In this document: one piece after another, positions 35,942 through 45,974 of the stretch | Numbering within the stretch: position 1 is the stretch's first letter | How the letters are laid out: the number at the start of each line of letters is the position of its first letter | IMG/VR virus record: IMGVR_UViG_3300032087_002150 | Span: 32,001-96,000 of that record | Strand: one strand, 5' to 3' | Length of the DNA: 64,000 bases | From: a virus | Made by a program: the position numbers and the translations under genes | Notes under the pieces: generated by a model | The model's input: only the letters and a program-made list of their open reading frames with translations | Databases searched by the model: none | What the model was told of the DNA's origin: nothing

Positions 35942-38457
35942 GCGAAAAAATCTTCAAGACTTACTGACTCTTCTTCTTTCCAACCTATCGCCTCAAGCAC
36001 AGGTCGTACCACTGCCAGGAATGCCTTTTCAAACTGCTGTTCATAATCTATGTATTTATGCAACCCAAACTCCTCGGGAAGGAAATCGTAGAAAGCAATG
36101 ATGTTTTCCTTGATAGGGTTCTTTTCGTCAAGGTAGAGAAACTTAATCTTCTCCCCGTCCTTGATTATATTATACCTGCGATCCAATCCTTTGTCAAGCA
36201 ATAGTTTGTTATAAAGCAGAGATCCGCGCACGTGAATGGGGCAACCCTTTTTGTAGATTTCCTTCGCGTCTCTCCACTTACCAACGTCAGATACTCCGCG
36301 AGGAAAGGCAATCTCGTGAGGATCAAGATTGATGAAATGTTCCTTGAACATACGAATAGAGTTTTGCGTTTGCTTTTCAGTTCCCGATATCATGACAGAA
36401 AACAATGCCTTCAAGGCATCACGACAAGAGGCGGGAGTGGATGACTTGACTGCCTCAATACCCATGATCTTTAGTTTGGGTTTGGCATACTGTACACCCT
36501 CGCTGTTATGTACGTTGAGGATGTATCGCTTCTTCGCTGTCCAGATACCTGCGTCAGCGATTACCTCGCGACCCATTACCATCTTGTTCTCATATGCGTT
36601 CATGTACTCGGCAAGTTCATTGTACGATCGCTCGAACAGGGGTTCAAACTTTTCCTCGCCAATCTGCGACAGGATCTGTACAGTCTGATCTGTATCAGTC
36701 AGTCCCATCTTCTCAACGAGAGGACCGAAGTTAACATACACCGAATCAGTGTCAATCGCGATAACGTAGTCAACTCCTTCGGTCTCCAATATCTTGTTCA
36801 TGTATTCGTTGACTGCCTTCTCTGCCCAACGGATAGACAACTGACCTGACATCGTAATCGCTTCTGCCATGCGAATGTCATAGTAACGAAACCAGCGATT
36901 ACCCAACCCACCATAAAGTGAGTTCATCATAATCTTGATCGCCATTTGTTGAGTATCAAGTTTGGTCACCATCTTCGAGGCACCTTTATCACCCTTCTCA
37001 ACTTGAGATTGTAGTCCAAGCATATGCTTCTTTATTTGTTTACGCTCGGCATACAGACCATCAATCACTGCTGGTAGAACACCACGGAAGTCTTTGGAGA
37101 AGTGTACACCGTTGGCGGCGATACAGTCATGCGGCGACTTACTATCGGGTCTCTCCCGAGCGAGGCAGTTATCAACAGTGACACCAGAGGTGCGTGTACT
37201 CACGATAGTCTCAGGCGACATATTATACTGCATGATCAGGTGAGGATACAGACTGTTCAAGTCAAACGAGATAACCCATGAGTGACGACCGATATGCGGT
37301 GCCTTCACATAACCACCACCGAAGTCAGTTTTCATATGTTCTTTCTTGGGCGGCACGACGATCTTGCGTTTACACAGTTCGCGATAGATGTAGGTATCCC
37401 ACAACTGCGTAGTCCCGAATGCTTCCTGATAGTTACAACCACCCTTGTACGCGATAGTCATAGCAAGGTCAATCAAACCCATCTTCTCGTCGATGCGCTC
37501 GACCAACTGGACGTCTTTGATGTTGTAGTCGATAAACTTCTGATAATCTTCCTTGTACAGCGTGTACAGATTACCGTGCTCCTCGTAGGATAGTTTCTTC
37601 TCACCGAGTACAACGTTCGCGATATGATCCAGCTTGTATGACTCCTGTACGCCATACGAGTACACGCCAAACTTTTGAAAGAGATCCCAGTAATCTAGTT
37701 GCTCAATGCCGACCAACTCATAGACCTGCTGCTTTCTACCCTTGAGACTGATTACTTTTTCTCGAACGATACCCCATGGCGACATCTTCTTGAAGGCATC
37801 GCCGCCCAGTATATTGTTGACTCGATTGACAAGATACGGGATATCAAACAGTCGGACGTTCCAACCTGTTACGACATCGGGACAGGTATCTTTACCGTTC
37901 CAGAAACCAAGGAACTTGAGGATGAGATCTAGTTCGCCATCGCACTTGATAAACTTGATATGTTCAGGAGCAACGTCGATCTGAGTTTTCTCAGGATCAT
38001 ACTTGTCTTCAAGTGCCCAGATGAAAAAGTCAGGGCGACCATGATACTTGAGACAGATAGATTGTACTTCTTTTTCTGCTCGCTCAGGTTCAGGGAATCC
38101 GTCATCGGACTCAACCTCGATGTCGATGTTAGCAACGAGAATCTGAGCAGGGTCGTACGATATTTCGTTGGGATAATGCTTCTGTATGTACTGAGCGGCA
38201 AAGTTATTGTTACCGTGTACCTCAACATTATCTACGTTGTCATAGTTCTTCCAGAACTCAGTTGCCTCGGACAACGTTTCAAACTGTACCTCAGACACGC
38301 AACGACCGTCGAGCGTCTTCCACTCGGAGTCTGGTTTATTTGCGGGGAGATACATAACAGGTTTGAAGGTGTCGCGATACTGCTTGCGTACACCGTTCTC
38401 GTATCCTCGGTAGCAAATACTGTTACCGATACGAGAAATATTAGTATAAAACTTCAT
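35938..38457 (-). CDS. 43: Family B DNA polymerase gp43
   Basis: DIEV exonuclease motif, SFDLNSLYP, KIMMNSLYG, IDTDS, KKRY; C-terminal clamp tail SVSLEDFFA. Confidence 0.97.
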   Translation of the reverse strand: MKFYTNISRIGNSICYRGYENGVRKQYRDTFKPVMYLPANKPDSEWKTLDGRCVSEVQFETLSEATEFWKNYDNVDNVEVHGNNNFAAQYIQKHYPNEISYDPAQILVANIDIEVESDDGFPEPERAEKEVQSICLKYHGRPDFFIWALEDKYDPEKTQIDVAPEHIKFIKCDGELDLILKFLGFWNGKDTCPDVVTGWNVRLFDIPYLVNRVNNILGGDAFKKMSPWGIVREKVISLKGRKQQVYELVGIEQLDYWDLFQKFGVYSYGVQESYKLDHIANVVLGEKKLSYEEHGNLYTLYKEDYQKFIDYNIKDVQLVERIDEKMGLIDLAMTIAYKGGCNYQEAFGTTQLWDTYIYRELCKRKIVVPPKKEHMKTDFGGGYVKAPHIGRHSWVISFDLNSLYPHLIMQYNMSPETIVSTRTSGVTVDNCLARERPDSKSPHDCIAANGVHFSKDFRGVLPAVIDGLYAERKQIKKHMLGLQSQVEKGDKGASKMVTKLDTQQMAIKIMMNSLYGGLGNRWFRYYDIRMAEAITMSGQLSIRWAEKAVNEYMNKILETEGVDYVIAIDTDSVYVNFGPLVEKMGLTDTDQTVQILSQIGEEKFEPLFERSYNELAEYMNAYENKMVMGREVIADAGIWTAKKRYILNVHNSEGVQYAKPKLKIMGIEAVKSSTPASCRDALKALFSVMISGTEKQTQNSIRMFKEHFINLDPHEIAFPRGVSDVGKWRDAKEIYKKGCPIHVRGSLLYNKLLLDKGLDRRYNIIKDGEKIKFLYLDEKNPIKENIIAFYDFLPEEFGLHKYIDYEQQFEKAFLAVVRPVLEAIGWKEEESVSLEDFFA

Positions 38458-38481
38458 TCACTACTCCATTACAGAGTATCT

Positions 38482-38510
38482 ATTGTAACCTATTTTGAAA
38501 GAAAAAGCAA
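38482..38510 (-). promoter_or_regulatory. sigma70 promoter of gene 43
   Basis: TTGCTT-17-TACAAT. Confidence 0.65.
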
Positions 38511-38513
38511 GTA

Positions 38514-39146
38514 TTATGATATCTTGGATGCCACGACCTCAACAGTTTTACTTCCTTCTGTTCCAACTGCTGCGACTCCTAACACATAGGTTCCATTGAG
38601 ATCAGCATCATCGCCAGTTTCGCCACTAATTGTAAAACGAACAGAATTTGTTAGAAGTTGTTGTGAAGGAACCAACGTTTGGCTTGATCCAAGGGATTGT
38701 GTTACAGTCGGACCAGAGTTGGCGTCAACATATGCTTTTACTGCTGCTTGAGTTGCGATTCTTGTTGAACTATTCGCGGCAAGGTTGGCGTCATTATCCC
38801 ATCCTTCAACATTGATTGCCCCATCATTGAGATTGGCAAAAGTAAGGTCATCAACAGTGAGATTACCAAGGGATCCACCACTAGGACCAGAAAGTCCACC
38901 AGTGATTTCTGTACTACTGCCTGAAACAGAAAGACTTGCTCCTCCTGCTCCAGACAAACTACCACCAGATATTGTCACGCCACCAATGTCGCCTGTTGTT
39001 GCGGTCAGATCACCACTTGCTTGATCAAGAATAATGCTGCCAACGTTGGCGGTGACATCTGAAATGATTTCAGAACCATCGAAGTGCATCTCATCAGTAA
39101 AAAATTCTGATACTAACTCATTATCCAGTAAAGGGTTTCTTGGCAT
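38514..39146 (-). CDS. Gly/Ser-rich fibre-like protein
   Basis: IATQAAVKAYVD motif typical of phage fibre/structural proteins. Confidence 0.5.
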   Translation of the reverse strand: MPRNPLLDNELVSEFFTDEMHFDGSEIISDVTANVGSIILDQASGDLTATTGDIGGVTISGGSLSGAGGASLSVSGSSTEITGGLSGPSGGSLGNLTVDDLTFANLNDGAINVEGWDNDANLAANSSTRIATQAAVKAYVDANSGPTVTQSLGSSQTLVPSQQLLTNSVRFTISGETGDDADLNGTYVLGVAAVGTEGSKTVEVVASKIS

Positions 39147-39167
39147 AACTTATTCCTCCGACATTAT

Positions 39168-40016
39168 TTAGTCTTCAATGATCACGAAGTCTCTGCTCCA
39201 AGTCGGACCAGTTAGTGGATTAACCTTCTCATTAGAGTATGACCCATCCTCTTGTATAAACTTCATAGTGTCGAAAATATTTTCATCCAGTTTATATTTT
39301 GTATTGTTGGTGTTGCCGCCATTTCTAAAGAAGAACTGTTTACAGGCAGGATCTAGTAACTCGTATCCCATGCCTTTTTGACACATGTAAACTGTTTCTG
39401 ATAAACAAGTCTTATCAATATCAACCCTTGCTTTCGTTGGCGCCAACACTTGATAACCATCAAAATCTAGTAGATCTTCCCTCGTCTCCAGATACAACAT
39501 TGTGCCGAATGGACCAGAAACTCTGTGGTCCATATATGGGAAGTTATACAGTAAGTCAACAAACTTCTTGGCGTACCTTTCAGACAACCCATAGAACTCC
39601 ATACAAGTTCCTGGCATAAAAATATCAACCTCACCCCAATACTCATCTACCATGTAACGGAAACTTTCTTCGTTAATCAGGGCAGCGTCATGCTCCATGA
39701 TAGCGATAGGTTCACCAGCGGCGATGCGTTCAATCAACATCAGTTGAGAATGCATGATCGAGTTATGTATTTCGTTGTCGCAGAACGTACCACCAAAGAA
39801 CCTTGCGCGCAAGTAATCTTTCCCATCATCCTCTACATAGAACGGGATTGGTTCTTCGTTCTTTTGAAATCGAATCGGGAGAGTTTTGGGTGTCGTGCAT
39901 TGAACAGGCGTGATGTTAACTATGTCACGAACTGGTTCAAAAGATTTTAGAGAAAGGTCAAGATACCGCATTGACAATTCATTATCAAAGTCACATATTA
40001 TAAATGCTTCAATCAT
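39168..40016 (-). CDS. Putative glycosyltransferase (GT25-like)
   Basis: S.MHS...IAIMEHDAAL. Confidence 0.5.
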   Translation of the reverse strand: MIEAFIICDFDNELSMRYLDLSLKSFEPVRDIVNITPVQCTTPKTLPIRFQKNEEPIPFYVEDDGKDYLRARFFGGTFCDNEIHNSIMHSQLMLIERIAAGEPIAIMEHDAALINEESFRYMVDEYWGEVDIFMPGTCMEFYGLSERYAKKFVDLLYNFPYMDHRVSGPFGTMLYLETREDLLDFDGYQVLAPTKARVDIDKTCLSETVYMCQKGMGYELLDPACKQFFFRNGGNTNNTKYKLDENIFDTMKFIQEDGSYSNEKVNPLTGPTWSRDFVIIED

Positions 40017-40025
40017 GATATAAGG

Positions 40026-40433
40026 TTAGTGCTTGACTCCTATGTTATATTTTGGGCAGAGTTCCCATTCACTTTTTTCTCGGAAAGAAACTACTTTGAT
40101 CTGACGAAGAGGTGCTTTGTCTGCTGCCTTCGATGAGTTGATGATGTTGACCAAACCCCAATCGCTCAGTAGAGTTGCGATTGTATTTCTTCGAGCAACG
40201 TCTGCCTCTTCCAAAGTTGCCTTTTTCCCATCCAGTAGGAATAATTCTTTGAAGTGTACAATAAAATACCTACCCTGTTTGTGCAGGATATGGCAAGATT
40301 GGAATAGTTTCTTTTCCTTTCTAGACGCTATTCCTATTCGCGTTAGTGTTTCGCGAACCTTTAGGAAATCGTCTGGTTCATTCAGCGTGACCTCCAGCAT
40401 ATCTGCTGGCGTCCATGATAGTACCTGTTCCAT
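40026..40433 (-). CDS. regA: Translational repressor RegA
   Basis: DDFLKVRETLTRIG, QSCHILHKQGRY.IVHFKELF. Confidence 0.96.
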   Translation of the reverse strand: MEQVLSWTPADMLEVTLNEPDDFLKVRETLTRIGIASRKEKKLFQSCHILHKQGRYFIVHFKELFLLDGKKATLEEADVARRNTIATLLSDWGLVNIINSSKAADKAPLRQIKVVSFREKSEWELCPKYNIGVKH

Positions 40434-40498
40434 ACAACGGATCCCATATATAAAGTTATACTTGTTATTTTCACTGACAGGTTTATTCTGTCATAGGT

Positions 40499-40879
40499 CT
40501 ATTTAGTGTTTTTCCCTCCTTTGAAAATCCTACTGGACAAGACCTTGAGATCATCTTCGCTGAACAAGTCTAAAACTGCTTCTGCTTTGGCGGTGCTGTA
40601 CCCATACACCTCTTTGATTAAGTCAATCGCATCTATTTTTTCTTTCTTCGCCCACTTACTAAATCGCTTCCTGGGTCTGATCGCATTACGGAGGAAGTCA
40701 AACTGTAGGCGACCATCAAGATGATGATTCCTGTTCATCTCGTTGGCAAGTAGGACGGTATCGCGGAAATAAGAAAGACCACGGTTTACCATGAACGAAG
40801 GATACTTGCTTTCGTTCTCGGCATCAAGCACATCTTTCTTACTGTGGTTTACGCTGTTCAGTACATCAAAGGGATTCAT
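40499..40879 (-). CDS. 62: Clamp loader small subunit gp62
   Basis: FMVNRGLSY..D....NEMN, RKRFSKW.K, YGYS..KA. Confidence 0.93.
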   Translation of the reverse strand: MNPFDVLNSVNHSKKDVLDAENESKYPSFMVNRGLSYFRDTVLLANEMNRNHHLDGRLQFDFLRNAIRPRKRFSKWAKKEKIDAIDLIKEVYGYSTAKAEAVLDLFSEDDLKVLSSRIFKGGKNTK

Positions 40880-40888
40880 AATATAGTC

Positions 40889-42520
40889 TCAAAATAAACA
40901 GATTTCAGGATCTTCTTCGAAAGTTAATCCATCCATGTACATAGTCACTGGCGAGAATTGTAGACCATGCTCCAGTTCATGTAGTTGACTCATTATATAT
41001 CTCGTTCTCGCAATGGTCTCTACATTGTTTGTGGGTGGTGGTTGTTCTTCTGGTGGTAGTACGCAAAAACATCCACCCGTTGTTCCCATTTTTACTGATT
41101 GCCCAGCATACTCGCCTGCTTCGTCGGGATAAGTGCAAGTCAGATCATAGTTTGAGAACCTTCCAGTTGCTAGATCAGCATAAGACATGATTGTACCATA
41201 ACCACCATGTATGCCGTCATACTCTGGATTATCTTTATTTGGATTGTATCCTGGTAGATTGTATGCAAAGGAGTATTCAAATATTCCTGGTCTATCAGCA
41301 TCTTCCCATTCGTGTTGAGCACCTAGCAAATGACCAATCTCATGGGCGAACGTTTCATGTGCTCGTTCATAATATCTTGTAGATGCATTTTCTTGGAACA
41401 CACTATTATGGAAACACTGTGCGATGCCTCGAGTTTTACTCAAACCTTGTGTCGCGTCTAAACTAGCAACACCACACGCAATCGGATTTTCTGGTCTCTT
41501 TTTAAACAAGAACGCTATATCAGCGCCAACCTCTCGTTGCCAGTCGTCCAACCCATTAAACTCATAACGACCACCAAAGAATGCACTATACTGTCGATAC
41601 AAGTCACCTGGTGCTACTTCTACCAACTTGATACCAGCCAACCGAACCAAGGTCTTGGTACCAGAAGAAATATACATGTGATTTGATTCATAGATCTGTT
41701 TGTTCACGAACTCTTCAACAGTCATTCCGTCACGATCTTCTTCGGTGATGTTGGTATCAAACACAATCAACATATCAATCACAGCAGTCTCATACTGATC
41801 AGGATCGTAAGGGAAACTAACACCTGACTTCTGTTTTACACCATCACATGTCAGATAACCGTAACGAGAATCACCAGTGTCGGTAGGTGTGGTAGGACAA
41901 TCTTCTGGTTGTGTCATCTGCTCAAAGCATGTTTGATCGAGGTGTTCCAAACGGTCGGTATAGATGCCACCTTCACCATCCGCATAATCTTGTAGGCGAT
42001 CTTCTCGTAACAAGTGATTGATTCTTTCCGACACTATATCCAAATATTCTAGATCTTCCTCCAACTCAACAGCGCAATATGATTCTCCGATCGGCGTACC
42101 TTCTTCTGGTACAGCAGTCCAACCACATTCTTCGGAATCAGTATCTACAACTTCAGTGTAACTACCACCCTCGCCGTCAGCGAAATCCCTCACCTTGTCA
42201 TACTGTCCCAAGTTTTGTACACTGTTCAGTAGTTCTTGGAACCTCGTTTCAGAAGCATTCGCGCAATATGCATCACCCAAAGGTGTGCCGAACACAGGAG
42301 GAGCGACATATCCACACTTGGTTGAATCTGGAGTTTCTTCTTGAGTTGAACCACCATTACCATCGGCGATAGTTTGAATGAGCGTTGTACCGTCACAAGA
42401 TTCCTCAAGTACGGTTCCTTGTGCTGGGTTTGCTGGGGTGGTAATAGTCCCTTGATCATCAGAACTCCCACCGCCACCACAAGCAGTTAACAGTAGAAGC
42501 GGAAAGAGTATCTTTTTCAT
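40889..42520 (-). CDS. Lipoprotein metzincin (reprolysin/M12-like) metalloprotease with Cys repeats
   Basis: LTAC lipobox, HEIGHLLGAQH, Met-turn TIMSY, three ADG(N/E)GG repeats. Confidence 0.8.
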   Translation of the reverse strand: MKKILFPLLLLTACGGGGSSDDQGTITTPANPAQGTVLEESCDGTTLIQTIADGNGGSTQEETPDSTKCGYVAPPVFGTPLGDAYCANASETRFQELLNSVQNLGQYDKVRDFADGEGGSYTEVVDTDSEECGWTAVPEEGTPIGESYCAVELEEDLEYLDIVSERINHLLREDRLQDYADGEGGIYTDRLEHLDQTCFEQMTQPEDCPTTPTDTGDSRYGYLTCDGVKQKSGVSFPYDPDQYETAVIDMLIVFDTNITEEDRDGMTVEEFVNKQIYESNHMYISSGTKTLVRLAGIKLVEVAPGDLYRQYSAFFGGRYEFNGLDDWQREVGADIAFLFKKRPENPIACGVASLDATQGLSKTRGIAQCFHNSVFQENASTRYYERAHETFAHEIGHLLGAQHEWEDADRPGIFEYSFAYNLPGYNPNKDNPEYDGIHGGYGTIMSYADLATGRFSNYDLTCTYPDEAGEYAGQSVKMGTTGGCFCVLPPEEQPPPTNNVETIARTRYIMSQLHELEHGLQFSPVTMYMDGLTFEEDPEICLF

Positions 42521-42756
42521 CAGTGTATAGTATCCTCAATATATGGTTGAGAAAGCACCCACTGTACATCGGGCAACATACGGTATGTGAAATGAGAACC
42601 GTAGATATCCTCAACCTTTATCAATTCTTCATGAGTAAAGTCTCGCATCAATCTATCAATTACAAGTTGCTGTACTTCAGTAGCGAGGGAATCAACTTTT
42701 AATCTTACGGATTCCACGTCGCTGTCAGTAAAATCGTAGTCAAACAAACTCGACAT
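42520..42756 (-). CDS. Hypothetical protein
   Basis: 78 aa, coupled. Confidence 0.5.
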   Translation of the reverse strand: MSSLFDYDFTDSDVESVRLKVDSLATEVQQLVIDRLMRDFTHEELIKVEDIYGSHFTYRMLPDVQWVLSQPYIEDTIH

Positions 42757-43678
42757 TCGCCATCATCTCCGTTAAACAAGCAACCATATTTAGTTCCGCA
42801 TCAGCAACGAACGCTGCCTTGTATTGATAATCCGCAAGGATTAGAACCAACTGAGGAATGCTGTTCGGCGCAACATACTGAGTCATAGCATCATAGATGC
42901 CACGGAAAATAGCAGCGGACTCAACGTCCATGTTATTGGCAACCCATACCCGCATGTTCTTGAAGTCTTTTTCTTTGATATAGGAAAACAACTCCGCGAT
43001 ACTTTCGCTGTTTGACTTACTGAGAACATCCAGTTGAAGTTCGCCGCCACGAGAGTGACGCTGAAGTTCGTTGATGATTCTTCGCCAGTCAGGAGCGTGA
43101 CGCATAATCAGTTCGGCGAGAACTTTTCCGTTATCAAGTTTGACGTTCTCTTGATCCAGAATAAACTTCGCTCGCTTCATAAACTGTTCGCAAAGTTTCG
43201 CCATGTCTTTCTTGCTGGTGTTAAACTCAATCACACCACAACGAGAATGGAGAGGTTCGATGATCTTGTTCTTGAAGTTACAAGTCAGAATGAATCGACA
43301 GTTCTTCGAGAACTCCTCGATAAACCCACGGAGAGCAGGTTGGGTTGACTGTGCATTCAGATAGTCTGCCTCATCAAGGATACATACTTTGTACCCGCCT
43401 GACAAGGAAACACTGGAAGCGAACTGTTTGATCTTACCACGGAGAGTGTCGATATTACCAGACTCCGAAGCGTTGATCAAGATATAGTCAAGGTCAAGCT
43501 CGTTACAGATAGCACGAGCAACAGTAGTTTTGCCAAGACCAGCAGTACCAGTTAGCAACATGTTCGGCACTTCGCCAGTGCCCACAATCTCTTTAAACTG
43601 TGCCTTCAAGTGATCTGGAAGGATACACTCATCAATCGTCTTCGGACGATACTTCTCAACCCACAATGATTCAACCAT
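42740..43678 (-). CDS. 44: Clamp loader large subunit gp44
   Basis: WVEKYRP, GTAGLGKTT, LDEAD, PLHSRC. Confidence 0.96.
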   Translation of the reverse strand: MVESLWVEKYRPKTIDECILPDHLKAQFKEIVGTGEVPNMLLTGTAGLGKTTVARAICNELDLDYILINASESGNIDTLRGKIKQFASSVSLSGGYKVCILDEADYLNAQSTQPALRGFIEEFSKNCRFILTCNFKNKIIEPLHSRCGVIEFNTSKKDMAKLCEQFMKRAKFILDQENVKLDNGKVLAELIMRHAPDWRRIINELQRHSRGGELQLDVLSKSNSESIAELFSYIKEKDFKNMRVWVANNMDVESAAIFRGIYDAMTQYVAPNSIPQLVLILADYQYKAAFVADAELNMVACLTEMMANVEFV

Positions 43679-43704
43679 AATATAACTCCATCATCAACAT
43701 ACAT

Positions 43705-43733
43705 ATTATACTAAATTTGCCGTTTCCAGTCAA
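43705..43733 (-). promoter_or_regulatory. sigma70 promoter
   Basis: TTGACT-17-TATAAT upstream of gene 44. Confidence 0.7.
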
Positions 43734-44445
43734 ACGTGATTTTCTCTATATTTTTCCATAACTTAGGATCTAGGTTTCTGGACTTAACCAGATCAACCAT
43801 AGGTTCTATGCCTCTTTGATCACGCTGTTTTACCGTCTTGTCGTCTGGGTACTCAGTCCCAGTCACCTCGTTGTCGATCACGATCTTTCGCCCCATACGG
43901 TTGGAAGGGAGGATCGTATCCATCAGTTTCGGGGAAGCAATCTGATCGAGTCGATCCCTGAACAGTTTGTCTCCCATATGCCAACCACGAAGTTCCTCGT
44001 CATACCCACCAGCGGCGAAGAAATCACTTCGGCGACAGGCGAAGATATTCCCTGGGTCACCACCGAACAGATTGCACAGTACATACTCACCTTCCTTAGA
44101 AGCGGCGATGTCCTTCTGTAATGCCTCACAGAAGTCCTCAGTGAGTTCCTGGTCAACGTCCATGAACATCAACCAGTCATGTCCAGCGGCAACAGAAGCA
44201 CCAAGGTTTCTCGCTCCATGAGCGTTGAACCCATAGTCAACTGCGACTCTGTAGAGCATGACCTTCTTTCTGTTACAGCAACATTCTTCGATGTGAGACT
44301 GTACTATAGGTTTGGCGGGATAGTTGGGAGAGGCATCATCGATGATTATAACTTTGTCAAAATACTTGAATGTACAATCATTGTACAAAATACCCTCAAG
44401 TCTATCAGGGTCTTCATAATATGGTATAATCAATGCCGTGGTCAT
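43711..44445 (-). CDS. GT-A glycosyltransferase, paralog of 32930-33688
   Basis: IIIDDAS, ARNLG, MDVD, GGYDEE, FDW. Confidence 0.82.
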   Translation of the reverse strand: MTTALIIPYYEDPDRLEGILYNDCTFKYFDKVIIIDDASPNYPAKPIVQSHIEECCCNRKKVMLYRVAVDYGFNAHGARNLGASVAAGHDWLMFMDVDQELTEDFCEALQKDIAASKEGEYVLCNLFGGDPGNIFACRRSDFFAAGGYDEELRGWHMGDKLFRDRLDQIASPKLMDTILPSNRMGRKIVIDNEVTGTEYPDDKTVKQRDQRGIEPMVDLVKSRNLDPKLWKNIEKITFDWKRQI

Positions 44446-44460
44446 ATAGTTCCTTAAAGC

Positions 44461-44532
44461 GAGCAGTTTTCCCACTTACTCAGGTGACGGTGCGCATACC
44501 GACCAGAGCGAGTTTAGAGTCATCTCGAGACT
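44461..44532 (-). ncRNA. Candidate structured RNA with two H-type pseudoknots
   Basis: AGUC/GACU stem with loop CGAG:CUCG; CGGU/ACCG hairpin; UCAC/GUGG stem with loop GAGUA:UGCUC. Confidence 0.45.
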
Positions 44533-44579
44533 AAATAATAACTGACCATGTGGTCTATAACGACAAAAGGAGTAACAGT

Positions 44580-44672
44580 ATGGAAATGCAACTTCCTCTT
44601 ATCGGAAAACTTCACCTCCCTTCACTATTACTTGGGGGTGGCGCAATGCTACTCTTACTGTGGCTTTTGTAA
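44580..44672 (+). CDS. 30-aa hydrophobic peptide
   Basis: MEMQLPLIGKLHLPSLLLGGGAMLLLLWLL; AAGGAG RBS; TAAATA at 44532-37; terminator downstream. Confidence 0.6.
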   Translation: MEMQLPLIGKLHLPSLLLGGGAMLLLLWLL

Positions 44673-44691
44673 CACTAGATAATCTGGTATC

Positions 44692-44713
44692 AAGGGGAGC
44701 ATCTGCTCCCCTT
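44692..44713. terminator. Terminator between convergent genes
   Basis: AAGGGGAGC-ATCT-GCTCCCCTT. Confidence 0.75.
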
Positions 44714-44875
44714 TCATTTATTTAACCAAGCATCTATCTTTTCGCCCATCACTAAATCTACCCAAGACGCTCCTTTGTAGAGTTTGCCTATACACCAGTA
44801 AGTTGCATCCCAAACCAGTGCTATTGGGGCGATCAATATTATTTTTCCCCATCTAACGAGTTCTTCTTTCGCCAT
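44714..44875 (-). CDS. Small membrane protein
   Basis: Start reassigned to MAKEEL. Confidence 0.45.
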   Translation of the reverse strand: MAKEELVRWGKIILIAPIALVWDATYWCIGKLYKGASWVDLVMGEKIDAWLNK

Positions 44876-45039
44876 AATTCTTTCGACCACTCCGGATGTT
44901 TTACGATCTGTATTTTTTCGTACCCATACCACCATTGCCCTTGTTCGTCCATACACGGGATATGATATTCTCTTGCAGATACGTTCTTCTTTTTTCTTTT
45001 TCTTCCTACAAAAAACTTTTCTGTTAGATTGTCAAGCAT
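44839..45039 (-). CDS. Hypothetical protein
   Basis: 66 aa, coupled. Confidence 0.45.
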   Translation of the reverse strand: MLDNLTEKFFVGRKRKKKNVSAREYHIPCMDEQGQWWYGYEKIQIVKHPEWSKELWRKKNSLDGEK

Positions 45040-45715
45040 CGCATTCGTACACGAACGAACAACCGTGCCTCACTTCAATGTCATAGGGAATGTAAGCACA
45101 ATGCGGTACGTTCGTTTTGTAGATTGTCATGGTTTTGTATTTCGACGGTGCCATGCCTAGAAACTCAAATCCCCAAGTTTCCCAATCATAGTTTATATAT
45201 TGAGTTTTCTTCGGCATATCTTTCAAGCGATTATAACTTTCATTCAATGCGTGGTTGGGGTCTACGCGAAAGTCATACTTGTTGTCAATCATTTCGCCGT
45301 GATACTTGTATAGATTAGTGCCGCTATGTTCCACATCATCAGTCAACCAAAGATTACATGCTATTCCAGTGTCATAAAATCCTTCTTCAATATCTTGATG
45401 AGGGATTAGTGCTTGCTCATAACAACCAAACATTTCCTTCGAGTAATAGTTTGACCAAGAGGAAGTGTTAGCGAAGGTTGGTTTCGCCTCAGAATTAACA
45501 TACTCTCTGTAGAACTCATGTAAGAAATTGTATATCGCTATTGTCCCATCCAGTTGGGAAATCATTTTATTGAAGAAAGGGTTGTATGGATTGCCTTCAT
45601 CAACATACTCGCAGTTTTTAACACCAGCAACGAAAACATCGAAATCTAATATTGAGTCGATGTCTTCAACGACCCAGTATCCCACATCATATTTGAGAGG
45701 ATGGTAGGTGATCAC
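45032..45715 (-). CDS. Putative 2OG-Fe(II) oxygenase-like protein (DUF6445-like)
   Basis: IPHQD, NLWL...SGT.LY, PHCAY, R; start uncertain. Confidence 0.6.
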   Translation of the reverse strand: MITYHPLKYDVGYWVVEDIDSILDFDVFVAGVKNCEYVDEGNPYNPFFNKMISQLDGTIAIYNFLHEFYREYVNSEAKPTFANTSSWSNYYSKEMFGCYEQALIPHQDIEEGFYDTGIACNLWLTDDVEHSGTNLYKYHGEMIDNKYDFRVDPNHALNESYNRLKDMPKKTQYINYDWETWGFEFLGMAPSKYKTMTIYKTNVPHCAYIPYDIEVRHGCSFVYECDA

Positions 45716-45891
45716 AGTCCGATCAATCCCCAACCGTGATTAGCAATCGCGTTCAATATAATGAAGATACAAGTTGCCATGTGAGTGAACCACCAAATTG
45801 TACGGATGACAGCAACAGAGTCTGCTTGGCGATTAGTTTCGCCAACCTTTTCACCGAGGGACTGCGCCCAGATTCTCCACCATTTTCTCAT
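45712..45891 (-). CDS. Conserved small myophage membrane protein (59 aa)
   Basis: Manual translation [17 protein letters not shown]...AD.VA.IRT. Confidence 0.65.
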   Translation of the reverse strand: MRKWWRIWAQSLGEKVGETNRQADSVAVIRTIWWFTHMATCIFIILNAIANHGWGLIGL

Positions 45892-45897
45892 ATTAGT

Positions 45898-45974
45898 TGG
45901 TCGGGGATGCAGGATTCGAACCTGCGACCTTCCGCTCCCAAAGCGGACGCACTACCAAGCTGTGCTAATCCCCG
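45898..45974 (-). tRNA. tRNA-Pro(TGG)
   Basis: CGGGGAT acceptor stem, anticodon arm TCCGC-TTTGGGA-GCGGA, GGTTCGAATCC T-loop, encoded CCA. Confidence 0.95.
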
